DNA of 64,000 nt from Octopus vulgaris. Lineage: Eukaryota. Below are positions 1-14,830 of this stretch, in pieces; within the stretch, counting starts at the first letter, position 1; each line of letters opens with the position of its first letter. Below the pieces are notes generated by a model that ran no database searches, was not told the origin of the DNA, and saw only the letters and a list, made by a program, of their open reading frames with translations. The position numbers and the translations under genes were made by a program. Location: NCBI GenBank assembly GCA_951406725.2, contig OX597822.1:94302001-94366000 (forward strand), written 5' to 3'.

Positions 1-37
1 GATAGATAGAGAGATAGAGATAGAGATAGATAGATAG

Positions 38-92
<55 letters not shown>

Positions 93-1206
93 AGATAGAT
101 AGACAGCCCAATAAAGAGATAAATAGATAGATAGCTATTCATTATCTCAACTATGTTTCTAAGCAAAGATCAAGATATAAGTGCACTATAAGCTCTTAAC
201 TGCTACCCACACATTACACTTCCTGTCAAAGAATACTAAAATATTTTATGGAAACATTCAAGCTGTGGATTGACACAACAAGCCTGGGAAGCATAAAATT
301 TAGAAGAAAGTAAAGAAAAAAGGAAAATTAAATATGTGGGGAAAAAATTTCCCATGATGCTTAGAAGTAGCTGAATGACCTTTTAGTTGCGTATCATTTC
401 GAAATGTCACTCCGTAAGTTTTGTATTATTCATTATAAATTATTATTTCAGGGTAAAAATCGTGAACGCGCGTGGCCTAGTGGTTGTGGTGGGTATTTGG
501 TTTATAACCATGAGGTTATGGCTTCCATTCCTGGATTGGGGAGTGCATTGTACCTTTGAGCAAAGCCTTTAATTTCACGTTCTTACAATCTGTCGAAGTT
601 GACTTCACGCACTTTTGATCTCTGAATGCCCAGAACTGTTACTAAATGGCGTTAAGACCGACTCTCTAACGATTCTACGAATCCACTACATACATACATA
701 CATACATACATACATACATACATACATACATACATACATACATACATACATGCATACATGCATGCATGCATGCATGCATGCATGCATGCATACATTCATG
801 TATATAGTGGCGCATCCATATACGAATGGTTCTCTAAACGAAACAATCGAATAACGAACGGGCTTTCTGAAGAAAATTAAATTCACATAAAGAGTTGAAA
901 TTTGATCAACGAACCTGCAGCAGACTATGTAAGCTTATAGATGACTGATAGTCCATTCGCTTAACGATTTGAGATTTAAACAGCAAACTACGAGTAAACT
1001 ACGAACACGTATAAATGTTGGGGAGAGCACATAGAAGCTGTACACTAAATAAACAAATTGTAGGGCGAACAGTTTTTTTTAAGAAGTTAAGCTGAAATGT
1101 GAACAACAAACTACAAGTGGACTATGGGTGTATATAAGTGGCTCAGAGAGTGTATACAAACAGTTACATCCATATTCGCATTTCATGTTGCTTGCAAACT
1201 TTCATA

Positions 1207-1723
1207 TCTGTATATATAAAACTGTAGTTGTGTGAGTGTCTGTCCCCTTCGATTTAGATTCCTAACTACTCCCACATTTTGCGGTGCAGTTTAACCAAAT
1301 TCGGATATCTTATAGTCGTGATTCATATCGAGCCCGTCTGGCTATTAGCGCGCGTCTACGATGAGTCTACGATTTTAAAAATAATTTAACATCATTTTTT
1401 ATTCCATTTTAATGCATAATTTTTCGTGTGTCGATAGCGGCGGAGTTGGCGTCCACGCTCAAACACCTGCACCTTTGTTTGCTTCTCCCCCTTCTTCCCT
1501 CCCTCGTGAAGCTGTGGGGAAGGGAGTGTAAGGAAATCAACGTCGTAAAGCGTTGTCAAGGAGACCAGCGTTCTTTTAGAACAACGACTTCATGGCTTGA
1601 AGACACCAAAACAGAAATGGCTAAGAAAGCCCGAATTGGCATCTATAAGGGGAGTAACTCTCTAAAAATGCTTATATAGTTATTTCCCTTACAAACCCGA
1701 ACAACGCCGGGCGATACTGCTAG
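1207..1723 (+). mobile_element. Non-autonomous Helitron
   Basis: A|TC 5' end (TCTGTATATATAAAA), 3' hairpin cccg-aacaacgc-cggg followed by CTAG|T, no TSD. Confidence 0.8.
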
Positions 1724-2024
1724 TTCTATATAGAAAACAACATTTTTCATATGTTTTGTTAAAAACATAAACCATGAATCAACAAAGGAAAAAACGCACG
1801 TGCGAGCACACATACACACTCGCGCACATACATGAAAATATGTATATACTTGTGTATTTGCGATGGACCAATTAAACAGCATTTCATGCCATTTTGTGGA
1901 GTTTCGGTATGGCCTGGAACGGATGACTTTTGTTAACATGTATGTATGTATGTATGTATGTATGTATGTATGTATGTATGTATGTATGTATGTATGTATG
2001 CATGCATGTATGTATGTATGTATG

Positions 2025-2055
<31 letters not shown>

Positions 2056-2222
2056 TGTATATGTATCTATGTAAATTTTGGATGGATGGATATATATCCA
2101 TCCATCTATCTATGTATCTATATATCTATATATCAGTCTGGATTTCTCTATCTAAACTAGCAGTTGCCAACATACGGGTTCCAACCCAAATGAATCTGTT
2201 GTTGTTGTTGCTATTATTATTA

Positions 2223-2300
<78 letters not shown>

Positions 2301-2305
<5 letters not shown>

Positions 2306-3916
2306 TAGTTTTATTTTTATAGCGTGCTTTCACTTCACTACCGAGCGCAGCTCTGTGTGCCTTGGGTATGTGCTGTGATTTGATGTGATGCTCTGATGGT
2401 TATTGTATGGAAAGTGTTCTGCGTAGGATGTGTGCAGTGCCTAGTAGTGCAATTTTCTGTATGTTATATGTGTTTGTAAGTCCTGGTGTTTCTGTTATGT
2501 ATTTGTCTGAATATTTTTTTATCATGCCTAATGCACCTACTATGATAGGAATTGTTTCTGTTTTTAGATTCCACATTCTGGTTACTTCTATTTCCAGGTC
2601 TTTGTATTTTGAAAGTTTCTCCATTTCTTTTAGAGATACGTTGTCATCTGCTGGTATTGATACATCAATTAGAAAGCATTTTTTTTCTTCATGATCTCTG
2701 ACAACTGTATCTGGTCTGTTGGCCTTAATTTCTCTATCTGTATGTATCGGCATATCCCAAAGTATGGTTGCTTTCTCGTTTTCTGTGACCTTTTCTGGTG
2801 TGTGCCTATACCATCTTTTTTCTGTTGTTATTCCATAATGTTGGCATAGCTTCCAGTGTATGTAGGTTCCAACTCTGTCATGTCTGTGAATATATCCCTT
2901 CTTAGCCAGGACTGGGCAGCCAGAGATAATATGATTTATTGTTTCTTGTCCATCTCCACATATTCTGCAGTTACTTGTTATATTTCTTTTCATTACATGT
3001 TTTTGGTAATTTCTGGTGGAGAGGCTTTGGTCCTGTGCTGCAATTAAAAATCCCTCTGTCTTTGCTTTGAGTCCTGAGCTTCTCAACCATTGCTGGGATT
3101 TTTCTTTGTCTATTTCTTTTGCGTTTAGTTTAGTCCAGTATTTACCATGAAGGGGCTTTTCTTGCCATCGTTTTATCATGGTTCGTTGCTGTTCTGTTTT
3201 TAGCTTGGATTTCATTTGTTTTATAGCTTTTGTTGCTTCTTCTTCTTCTTCTTCTTCTTCTTCTTCTTCTTCTTCTTCTTCTTCTTCTTCTTCTTCTTCT
3301 TCTTCTTCTTCTTCTTCTTCATATTTATTAGGTGGTATGATTTCTTGTTTGTATTTGTCAGCTTCCTTAGATACTGAGAACAGTATTTTGTTTTGCTCGT
3401 GTTTTGCCGCTATTTGTATCAGTTTTCCTTCCTTCTGAAGTAGATATTTTTACAGTCCTATGGTGGTTATTTTATAGTAGTTTTCCAGCTGTATAAGGCC
3501 TCTACCACCTTCTATACGTTGTATATATAGTCTTTCTATGTCAGATTTTGGGTGATGCATCCTAGATCCTGTCATTATTTTTCTTGTTTTCCTATCTATT
3601 TTGGTCAGTTCATTTAGTGTCCAGTTAAGGATATTGTAGCTGTAACTTATAACTGGGACAGCTAAAGTGTTAATACCTATTATCGTGTTTTTAGCATTGA
3701 GCTCTGTTTTTAGTATTGATCTAACTCGTCTATAATATTCTTTTTTTATTTTCTCTTTCATTTGTGTGTGTTGTGTCTTATCTAGTTCATGGATTCCTAA
3801 GTATTTGTAAGTTTGGCTTTGGTCTAATTCTTTTATTTCATTGGTTTTATCTAGTGTGATGTTGCTACTCTTAACTAGTTTTCCTCTTTTCATGGTTACT
3901 TTGGCGCATTTTTCTA
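2301..3916 (-). mobile_element. 5'-truncated R4/Dong-like non-LTR retrotransposon (RT C-terminus, CCHC, restriction-like endonuclease)
   Basis: Motifs YKYLG, RMHHPK, GGRGL, AAQDQ, CRIC-x8-H-x4-C, RHD, RPD..D..K..KY. Flanked on both sides by (TAA)n; one in-frame stop at 3450-3452. Confidence 0.9.
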
Positions 3917-3917
3917 C

Positions 3918-4077
<160 letters not shown>

Positions 4078-4085
4078 ATTATTAT

Positions 4086-5560
4086 TTCCCAATTGATTTG
4101 CATTTCACTTCAGCTACTGACTTTGTCTCAAGCATAGACTTCAGGCACGTATATATTAGATGGATAGAAACTTCCTGAGAATGTGGGTGGTTGATGTCAA
4201 CACAATTTTTCGAGTCTCATAGATAGCTGGTTTCCCAGGGAACTGGTCAAAACTTTTGTCACTATCTTTCTTGACCATTCCCAGGGCACTTACAACAACA
4301 GAGATGGTTTTGGTTTTTAAATTCCACGTTCTAGATATCTCAACCTCAAGGTCCTTATATTCCGATAGTTTCTAAAATTCCTTTGCTGAGATGTGTCTAT
4401 CTGTAGGCTCTGTCATATCAATTAACGTTTTTGTCTTATTGTTTGATGATGATGTCTGGTCTGTTATTTATTTGCTTGTCTGTATGTACCCCCTTGATCC
4501 CATTGGATAGTTGTGGCATTCTCTCCTTCAGTGACTGGCTCTGGATGGTGTTTATACCAGTTCTTAGGCTGTGGGATGTCATAGTGGCGGCATATGCTCC
4601 AGTGCGAATATCGGCCAACTCGATCATACCTGGTTTTATATTCTGTAGGGGTAAGGACAGCAGCCGGCAAGAATGTGGTCAATACACTCAAGTTTGTCAT
4701 TGCAAAGTTTGTACTTTGTGTCTACCTCATTGTGTGTGACATTAGCTTGATAGTTCCAAGTGAAGTAACTCTGATCTTGCACCGCTGTGATAAATCCCTC
4801 TGTTTCGGCTTTCAAACCAGCATTCTGCAACCACAGATGGGTTCTTCTCATATCTACATCAGCTTTCTCAGCTCGTTTGGGGCATTGTCCATGCAATAGT
4901 TTTTCTTGCCACAATCTCGATATTGCCTTCAAGCTTTCCTGTTTGGCTTACTGCCTTAGTGGGTGATGTGTCCTCTTTATCAACATCTTAATCAGGGGGA
5001 TTAAGCTCTCGCCTGTATTTACATGCCTCCTTTGAGGTTGAGCGCACTTCTTACTCTGTTCGTGTTGTCTTACCAGCTGTATCATCCAGTCGGTGTTACT
5101 TTGGATATACGGAGTTCTACCGTGGTCGTTTTATAGTTGATTTCAAGTTGGATTAGGCCTCTACCGCCTTCTTTTCGTGGGAGATAGAGCCTGTGGACGT
5201 TTGATTTTGGGTGGTGCATCCTGTTTAGCGTCAGTAGTTTCCTGGTTTTTATGTCCATACGCTGGAGTTCACTCGGATTTCTATTGATGATATTAAGGCT
5301 ATACTGGACAACTTGTACCGCCAGGGAGTTTATAGCTGCCATTCTATTTTGGGAGTTCAGCTCAGTACTCAGAACAATTCTGATACGTCTATAATACTCT
5401 TTTCTGATCTTCCCTTTCATTGATCCGTGTTAAATCCCTTTCCTTTCGTGTACTCCAAGATACTTATAAAAAGCTTCTTGATCCAGGTCCTTGATAAATG
5501 TATGATGATCAATTTGGGTCGTGGTATTAGCTGTCAGTTTACCACGTTTGAACGAAGCTT
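4086..5560 (-). mobile_element. Older degenerate R4/Dong-like element, tandem to the previous one
   Basis: ORF pieces EYYRRIR..LNSQN, RMHHPK, GGRGL, GLKAETEGFITAVQDQ, YDRVG..HW, RPDI, with multiple frameshifts. Confidence 0.85.
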
Positions 5561-5580
5561 ATTTGTAATTTAAATATCAA

Positions 5581-5808
5581 TTCTTTGAATTTGCGAGTAC
5601 GCTATAGCGGTCACGATTCTGTTTGATTTTATCACTAGAAGACGCAAAAACGAGTAATTACATCGTTATGTGTTTATGGCTTGCATATTGGCTGAAATAT
5701 CCTCATTTTCAACAGTAAACGCAAAATCCTTGCAGCCACTCGCTTTTGTATTTTCTTGTGTTATAAAATGAAATTACGCCCGCTAAAGCGTACTCGTAGG
5801 TTCACTGG
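5581..5808. mobile_element. Degenerate TIR element (piggyBac-like MITE?)
   Basis: tgaatttgcgagtacgctatagcgg (5586-5610) is an imperfect inverse of ccgctaaagcgtactcgtaggttca (5780-5804). The right end is followed by TTAA. Confidence 0.4.
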
Positions 5809-6367
5809 TTAAAAACAAAGTCTCAATGGATTCGATAAAGTGTCACGATTATAAAAGCTGTTTAATAGGATATTGTTTTCGTACATAAAATATATATTAT
5901 TGATTAGTTAGAATAACCTTTTTGTTCGTCACGAGAATGTTGACTCGTAAAGTCCCCTAAAAAGACATTGTATTTATTAAACATGTTCAAATTCAATCTG
6001 TAACCAAACTCCGATTAGCACGGCCGGTACATGCGTAGCAATAGCGTGCTAATTAGAAACTATGTTAATCAAACAACAACAAAGGAAGAAGCTGGTTAAA
6101 GAATTTTCCAGATAACTGAGTGACTTTTTATGGCTATTTTTAAAAAAAACTACTTTTCAAAGTAATTGAATAAGAAAGGTAGGCGAAAATGTGACCACAG
6201 TTTGGGAATGGCTGGAAGATTAAGAACCTTGTTTCACAACCACATGGCTTCGAGCTCAGTCCTACAGCACGACTTCCTAGAGTGTCTTCTACTATAGCCC
6301 ACGGCTGAACAAGGCCTTATGAGTGTATATGGTACGCGAAAACAGCTCTGAGAGATCATCGTGTGTG

Positions 6368-6915
<548 letters not shown>

Positions 6916-7834
6916 GTGTGTGTGTTTTCAGTAGAAAACGTGAATTCAGAAGAACACTTTTCTGCATGGCGTTTGAAAGTTACATCGTGTCAATAGAAGT
7001 TTAGATTCAATGGTTTTCAAGATTCAGTGGCAATTTTTGTAACCTACTGGACGGGAGAAGTGCACTATTCGAATGTGCGTTAATCGGGGTTTGCAATACA
7101 ACGAATATACAATATATATTGTTTAATATTTCACCAAAAGGGTTAACATTTGTTTTTGCAGATTTTACGAGTATAAACTTTGCAAAAAATAACTGATGAA
7201 TCAAACGTAAAGTGTAAATGCGTTGTACTGTTTTAGAATATTATATCTAAACCATATATTATTTATCCTTAAAATGTTACATAGAGAAACAATGGTTCAC
7301 AGAAACAAATGTTGTTATATAACACAGCTGAATGATTCTGTCTCCATTTCACAGCCTGATATTTTATTCAATGGCTCTTGTAATTCAAAGGGTCGTTAAG
7401 GATACCATTGAAGATTTTCTTTTTCATGTAATATATTTATGATAATTTCACTTGTATCTTGACAGCTGCACGTAAAAGGTTAGAAACAGAAAGGTCAGCT
7501 ATTTACATCCTGTTACTGGCGGTACATTATTATTTTCTTACGAAAGACAGTTGACTTTTGATGACTAGATTCATCTAACTGTAAATAGGCTACACGAAGA
7601 AAATGCTGTGCTTAATTCATCTGAGAGGCAGCAATGCATGGCATATCAGGCATGGTTGTGCGATTAAGAATTTCGCTTCGTAATCACGTTGTTCAGGGTT
7701 TCGTTACACTGCCTGACACTTTCGGCAAATATCTTCTTTTGTTGCTTTGGGTTAACCAATGCTTTGTGAGTGGAATTCGATAGACGTATTGAACAAGTAT
7801 TGTGTTAACGTGTTAATTTTAAAGAAAAAGAGAA

Positions 7835-8051
7835 ATGGTTCTTCAACCATGTTTTATTGACAACATTTAACATGTTCCTTCACAATATTTACAAATGTTA
7901 AATACATGATATATAAATGATGCAAGAAGTTATTTTCAGAGAATGGGAGGAACATAATTGCTAATGGCAACAGGAATAATTTTCAGTGAAGAAATCGAAA
8001 GATGAAAATGGTCTCATCAAACTCGAGTCCGAAAACACTCACAGCTTCCAG
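7835..8051 (-). other. Candidate 3'-terminal exon (..GSCECFRTRV*, 3'UTR, poly(A) signal)
   Basis: Acceptor cttgctttattgcag ends at 8052; TGA at 8019-8017; AATAAA at 7858-7853 followed by a U-rich tract. Confidence 0.3.
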
Positions 8052-8749
8052 CTGCAATAAAGCAAGTGTCCCCGAAGAATTGAATCTCAATATACATTCC
8101 ACAGAAAATTTTCGAATGTTCTTATGGCAATTTTACGAGGTGCAAAAATTAAAATTTGTCTTTAGGCAAGTATGCTTGACACCATCAGACGACGAAGATA
8201 TTTGGCTAAATATTAAAATATACTGTATAGCATTGCTATATATTTTACCACCAACAACCATCTTCAGTATATATTGCCAAACATAGCCGTCTACTAGCTA
8301 TTTTAGTTTGAGAGATTATACATTGAAATCTCAAGGAAAGCTAAATACAACTGACGGAGACTGTGCAGAAGCCTGTCGTATATATATATTTTTGAAAATT
8401 TGCCACAAGCCCAGCAATTTTAGGGGCTGAAATAAAACGATTACATCGACCATAGTGTTCAGCCGGTTATCATCCTGAAAAGATAAAAGGCAAAGTCGAC
8501 TTCGGTCGCGTTTAAACACTGTTGTTACTCTGTCTTCAAAATTACTTTTTTGAATATAAGAGACATTTTTTTACTATTAATTGGTCACTAAGGTGTTCAG
8601 TTTTTCTTCCTCTGCTACATTTAGTTATGTGGTTTGATTTTGCATTTTTTTTTGCTGGTGAAGTGTTTAGTCTTATCGAATAATTATGTGTGACAGCTAT
8701 TTTGGATGCAAAAATGTAATACGTGTGAATAAAATTTTGAAAATTTCTA

Positions 8750-9160
8750 GTAGGAGTGGCTGTGTGGTAAGTAGCTTGCTTACGAATCACATGGTTCCGG
8801 GTTCAGTCCCACTGCGTGGCACCTTGGGCAAGTGTCTTCTACTATAGCCTCAGACCGACCAAAGCCTTGTGAGTGGATTTGGCAGACAGAACCTGAAAGA
8901 AGCCCGTCGTATATATGTATATATATAAATATATGTGTGTGTATATGTTTGTGTGCCTGTGTTTGTCACCCCAACATCGCTTGACAACTGATGCTGGTGT
9001 GTTTACATCCCCGTAACTTAGCGGTTCGGCAAAATAGACCGATAGAATAAGTACTAGGCTTACAAAGAATAAGTCCTGGGGTCGATTTGCTCGACTAAAG
9101 GCGGTGCTCCAGCATGGCCACAGTCAAATGATTGAAACAAGAAAAAAGAATAAAAGAGAG
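8750..9160 (+). mobile_element. tRNA-derived SINE family A (CORE-like segment, internal microsatellite)
   Basis: Head ggagtggctgtgtggtaag..ggttcagtccc, ccttgggcaagtgtc, tail gaaacaag(taaaagag)n; many copies in window. Confidence 0.85.
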
Positions 9161-9201
9161 TAAACAAATATACTTTTTTCTTTTGTTGTATTCACCCTGG
9201 T

Positions 9202-9460
9202 GAAGGCGCGTGGCTTAGGGGTTAGGGTATTCGGTTTACGATCGTAAGATCGAGAGTTCAATTCCTGATGACGCGTTTTCTCCTTGACGAAGACACTTTA
9301 TTTCACTTTGCTCCAGTTCACGCAACTGGCAAAAATAAGTTCTACCTGCAATTCAAAGGGCCAGCCTTCTCACACTCTGTGTCACGCTGAATCTTCCTGA
9401 GAACTACGTTAATGGTATACGTGTCTGTGGAGTGCTCAGCCACATGCACGTTAATTTCAA
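9202..9460 (+). mobile_element. tRNA-derived SINE family C
   Basis: Head gaaggcgcgtggcttag..gagttcaattcc with A/B boxes; body shared with 37490-37795 and 42962-43283. Confidence 0.75.
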
Positions 9461-9479
9461 GAAAATATGAAAAGCAAAG

Positions 9480-9890
9480 TCGGCGTGGCTGTGTGGTAAG
9501 AAGTTTGCTTCGCAAGTACATTGTTCTAGGTTCAGTCCCATTGCGTGATACATTGGGCGTCTTCTACCACAGCGTCGTGAGGCTGAAGGAAGCCCGTCGT
9601 ATATATACATACGCGCGCGTGTGCGCACATACTTATGTGTTTGTGTGTGTGTGTATGTATCTTTGCGTCTGTGTTTGTGCCCGTACCACCGCTTCACAAT
9701 CGGTGCTGGAGTGTTTCCTTCTCCGTAATATTGCAGTTCGCAAAAGAAACCAATTAAATATGTCACAGGCTTCAAAAAAAAAAAAAAAAAAATTTTTTTT
9801 AAATAAGTGCTGGATTCTTTCGTTCCACTAAATTTCCTGAAGGTGACGCCACAGCATGGTTGCAGTCTTAGTGAAACATGTAAAAGACAA
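9480..9890 (+). mobile_element. Diverged SINE family A copy
   Basis: Degenerate match to 8750-9160. Confidence 0.7.
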
Positions 9891-9902
9891 AAAATGATGA
9901 AG

Positions 9903-10003
<101 letters not shown>

Positions 10004-10024
10004 AATAATGATGATGATGATGAT

Positions 10025-10456
10025 CATCATCATCATTGTTCGACCGTGGTCGAGACAATGGAATTTACCATGTTGCGCCAGACTTCACGGTCCATCATAG
10101 CATTACGGAGGTCCTGTTGCTGGATGCCTGTATCCCTGGAGATTAGATCAGGGTAGGAGAGTGTGCGCCCTCTGGTGTTGCGAGTAGATGGCTTCCAGAG
10201 GAGAAGAGTAGAAATTACTTCTTTTTCAGCTCTACAACAATGTCCAGCAAACTGGACTCTCCTACCTTTCACAAGAGATGACACAGGTGGTAATTTCCCA
10301 TATATTTGCATTTTAGTTGGATGGCGCCTCCACGAGAGATTTTGAGCTCTCATAAGGAGGCGAGTGTAGGTTCCATCCAACCGCCTCTCAAGCTTCTTTG
10401 ATAACGTCCAGGTTTCTGAGCCATATAGTAGAATTGGTTCGACTGTGGCTTTGAAT
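10025..10456 (-). mobile_element. RTE-clade LINE 3' fragment
   Basis: Open frame FKATVEPILLYGSETWTL..RRVQFAGHC..AMMDREVWR, stop, then (TGA)n tail; embedded in (ATG)n. Confidence 0.85.
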
Positions 10457-11410
<954 letters not shown>

Positions 11411-11509
11411 ATAAATAAATAAATAAATAATAATAATAATTATTATTATTATTATCATTATTATTATTATAGTTACGTAGATGCAGTTATATTCAATATA
11501 CTTATTCAA

Positions 11510-11808
11510 AGATTCTGTTGGGGAAATGACATAAAATTTGATTTTGAAAACTGCACCGCGCTAAGCTTGAAGAAAGAGAAAAAAAATCAATTAGATCAAA
11601 AACCGACGACTTACAAATATACCTAGGAATCAATGACTGGGCAGATTACTTCGTACACCAAAGAAAGAATTATAATATCTGCATTAGATTATTATTTAAT
11701 CTAATACAAAACGCAAACAACAACAACTACAACGATGATGATGATGATGATGGTGATGATGATGTTGTTGCTGCTGCTGCTGCTGCTGCTGCCGATGATG
11801 ATGATGAT

Positions 11809-11850
<42 letters not shown>

Positions 11851-12200
11851 AATAATAATAATAATAATAATAATGGTATCATTATTCTGGTTGTTCTACT
11901 AATAAGTTACAGTTTATATTCTGAACTAGAAGCTGAACGAATTGGCAAGACTAGATAGTAATGTAGAAAAATAATGGCTACATTTAGAAGACTTCACATT
12001 AAATTCGGTACATGAAAATTAAATTTACCATAAGTACAGAGATATTGGGATAATCTGCAATTGAATTATATAATATCTACTGCAAGACTACAAAAATATC
12101 TTGTAAAAAATAAAAAAAGAAGCTTATACGAATAGCTAGATAACACGAACAAAGCATAAAGTTAGGTCTTCAAGAAAGTAACAAATCAAAATAATAGCCA
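11510..12200 (+). mobile_element. Highly decayed R4/Dong-like RT fragment interrupted by trinucleotide repeats
   Basis: Residual similarity to the 2301-3916 element (YKYLGI- and ISYS-like segments). Confidence 0.45.
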
Positions 12201-12244
12201 ATATAATAGAAAACTTCCTAATACGAACACACAAAACTCCCTGC

Positions 12245-12680
12245 TTCTATGTAATTGCTACAACTTTATATCTGGTCCCTCTATCGATAGTATATGTCTT
12301 TCTAAATTCTTTATTTGTGGAGTTAAAGTTAAAAAATAGTAAAACGCTATACTGGATTTACTGAAAATCCCTTTAAAAATCGATTTTAGCAACATAAGTG
12401 TACATTCAGACTCAGAAAATACCGTCTCACACCACCGTTATCCAAATGTGTTTCGTGTTTTTGAAGGATGATAATATTAACAATTATAAATCAATTGGTC
12501 TATTAGAGGACAAGCACACCTCCCTCTTCATTTAATGCTTCAGATATTACGATCTTTGTCTCTCAACGAGGTATAATATCCTATTACAACCTTTTGCGAT
12601 GTTGAAGGAAAGACTCGAACAGGTGAAATCTTGCAAACAATACTATCGATATTTACTGATGTATTTCCAAATACCAATAG
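12245..12680 (+). pseudogene. Penelope-like element GIY-YIG endonuclease relic
   Basis: Frameshifted translation CNC..ICG..RYTGFTENPFKNRF*QHKCTFR..LSK..LKDDNI..INWSI..DLCLS..R.E.V.SC follows the PLE GIY-YIG/CCHH C-terminal pattern. Confidence 0.75.
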
Positions 12681-13324
12681 GAGAATACTTTATTTTACAG
12701 GCAAGGATGATCACATACTGAAAAGATTATCACTTACTGGAAAGATTACTACATACTGAAAAAAGTCACTCAGTTATTTTTCAACGCCAAAAACTTTATT
12801 AGCAATTGTCCCTTTACAAATATCATACTGAAGGCAAGGAAATACGCGCTTTGCGTGAGGAATAAGCTATGTAGTGTGCACATGAACATGTGAACGAGTG
12901 TAACATTTTGTCTGTCTGTTTGTCTATCTGTCTAAATGGTTTATTTATCAACGAATCAGAAGTAACAATGTCTGTGGTCTAGAATTTGAAAGTGTTACTG
13001 CTAAAGTAGCTGGGCATACAGGCATAGAAGAGGGGAGTCTTAAGGAAGACATACGAGGACAACTCTCGGTGATATCAATATTTTATTTAGCAGCCTCATG
13101 AAAGGTACTGGAGACTAATGCTTAGAAGAAAAAACAACAACAACAAAAAAAAGCCCAGAAACAAAACCAAAACATTTGTACGTTATAAGATTAGAATACG
13201 GTTTTGAAGAATTTGAGTGAGCGGATTTTCGTCGTGTACTTTTTTAGAGGGTGGATGAAGCAAAGAACACAGAAGTCAGAACCTTGTTATATGATGCGGG
13301 GTTAATGATGGATGAAAGATTAAA

Positions 13325-13671
13325 AAAAAAAAAGAAGATAAACACCCCCTTCGGTCATGAACAGGATTGCACCTAGAAAGTTCCCATCCGAGGCACAAAT
13401 CCGGGCAAAGTTGTTTGGGGAAGACCAACAGTCGCCCATTCGTACCAGCCTCCACTCTCCACGCCATTGATGTTATCTGAGAGAAAGGTAAAGGCCGATA
13501 CAGCTTGGCACCAGTCACGTCGCAACTCATTTCTACAGATTAGTGAACTAGAGAAAAGTGAAAATAACGTGTATTGCACAAGAACACAACACACAGCCCT
13601 GTCTGGGAATCGAACTATACTACCTGATGATTGCGAGCCCGACTCTCTAACCGCTGAGCCACGCGCCTTCA
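13325..13671 (-). mobile_element. SINE family C (long-tail variant)
   Basis: Reverse complement matches 44592-44926. Confidence 0.8.
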
Positions 13672-14124
13672 AGGGTGAATGACACTAACAAAAGAAATAA
13701 TAGAAGATGAAGTTCATGTGAGTGAATGCTGAGATAATGAGGATGATAAAGACAAGACATTGCCGAAGGAACACAAGCTCTCAATTATGCAAAAGTAGCA
13801 TCCCTTGATGTTATTTTGTACTTCGACTTTTGATCTTCAATAATATTATCGATATCGTAGAACCGTGAGGCAGTTCATTATATAGAAGCAAAATTAGCAA
13901 AGTAAAGAAATTCATACTAATTCATCGTGAACCTGATGTAGCTCTTAAACCTACAGTTGACTTTAATGGTCCATCTGTTGTTTATTCAATGACTTCTATT
14001 TTAACTCAAGTTTCCAGTCATTTTATATTCCATTTATTATTAATATTATTTTTCCGTAAATAGTATTTATTAATGTTTATTTTTTCTTAGTCAATTTTGA
14101 TTGTTTGCAGACGCTCTTCCCCTC

Positions 14125-14195
<71 letters not shown>

Positions 14196-14520
14196 CCCCT
14201 CTGCGAGGTAATTTTATTTTAATTCTCTCGCAGGAAGGATTAGTTTGGCGAGTCGTGTCCTGCCTTGCCTTCGAAACACGCTAGAGTCGAACTAGTGACC
14301 GCTGATGATAGGGGATTTTTCCTTGTGTAGTATGTCCTGTACTCTGTTTTTCTGTTGTAAAAAAATGGTTTTTCCGTTTTCGTTTCTCGTTGAGTTCTAC
14401 GTCTAGTTGTGGTGTCCTGTACTCACGTGTATATATTTATATATGCATGTATATACACATGTAGATGTAGGTACGTACATATATGTTTGTATGTATGCAT
14501 ATATTTTATTTTATTTATTA

Positions 14521-14556
<36 letters not shown>

Positions 14557-14560
<4 letters not shown>

Positions 14561-14830
14561 ACATGAGAAAGAAAATGGAAATTACTATATACTCTTCATT
14601 CACGATGATCGTTTCGACCCATCATCCACTGCTACCTTACAAATAAGATGCTGTACAAATATTTGTAATGCATTTGTGTCTCATCAGGTGATTTATTTGC
14701 CATTTTGCTTGTTTACATATGAATATTTTTATGCTTGGGATGCACCACAATTGTTTGTACAGCATGGGTCGAAACGATCATCATGAAAAAAGAGACATGT
14801 AAGTTCCTTTTTCTTTCTCGCATGTCTTTT
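14557..14830 (-). mobile_element. (TA)n-associated foldback element carrying a type I hammerhead
   Basis: Imperfect inverted arms 14557-14672 and 14740-14830; hammerhead core on the minus strand at 14600-14691. Confidence 0.6.

Noticed and set aside
6931-6996. Possible plus-strand exon after ttttcag
   Set aside because: No recognisable peptide or partner exon.
14262-14316. Type II hammerhead (gaaac..gtc..ctgatga)
   Set aside because: Core words are present, but stems I and II do not pair convincingly in this copy.
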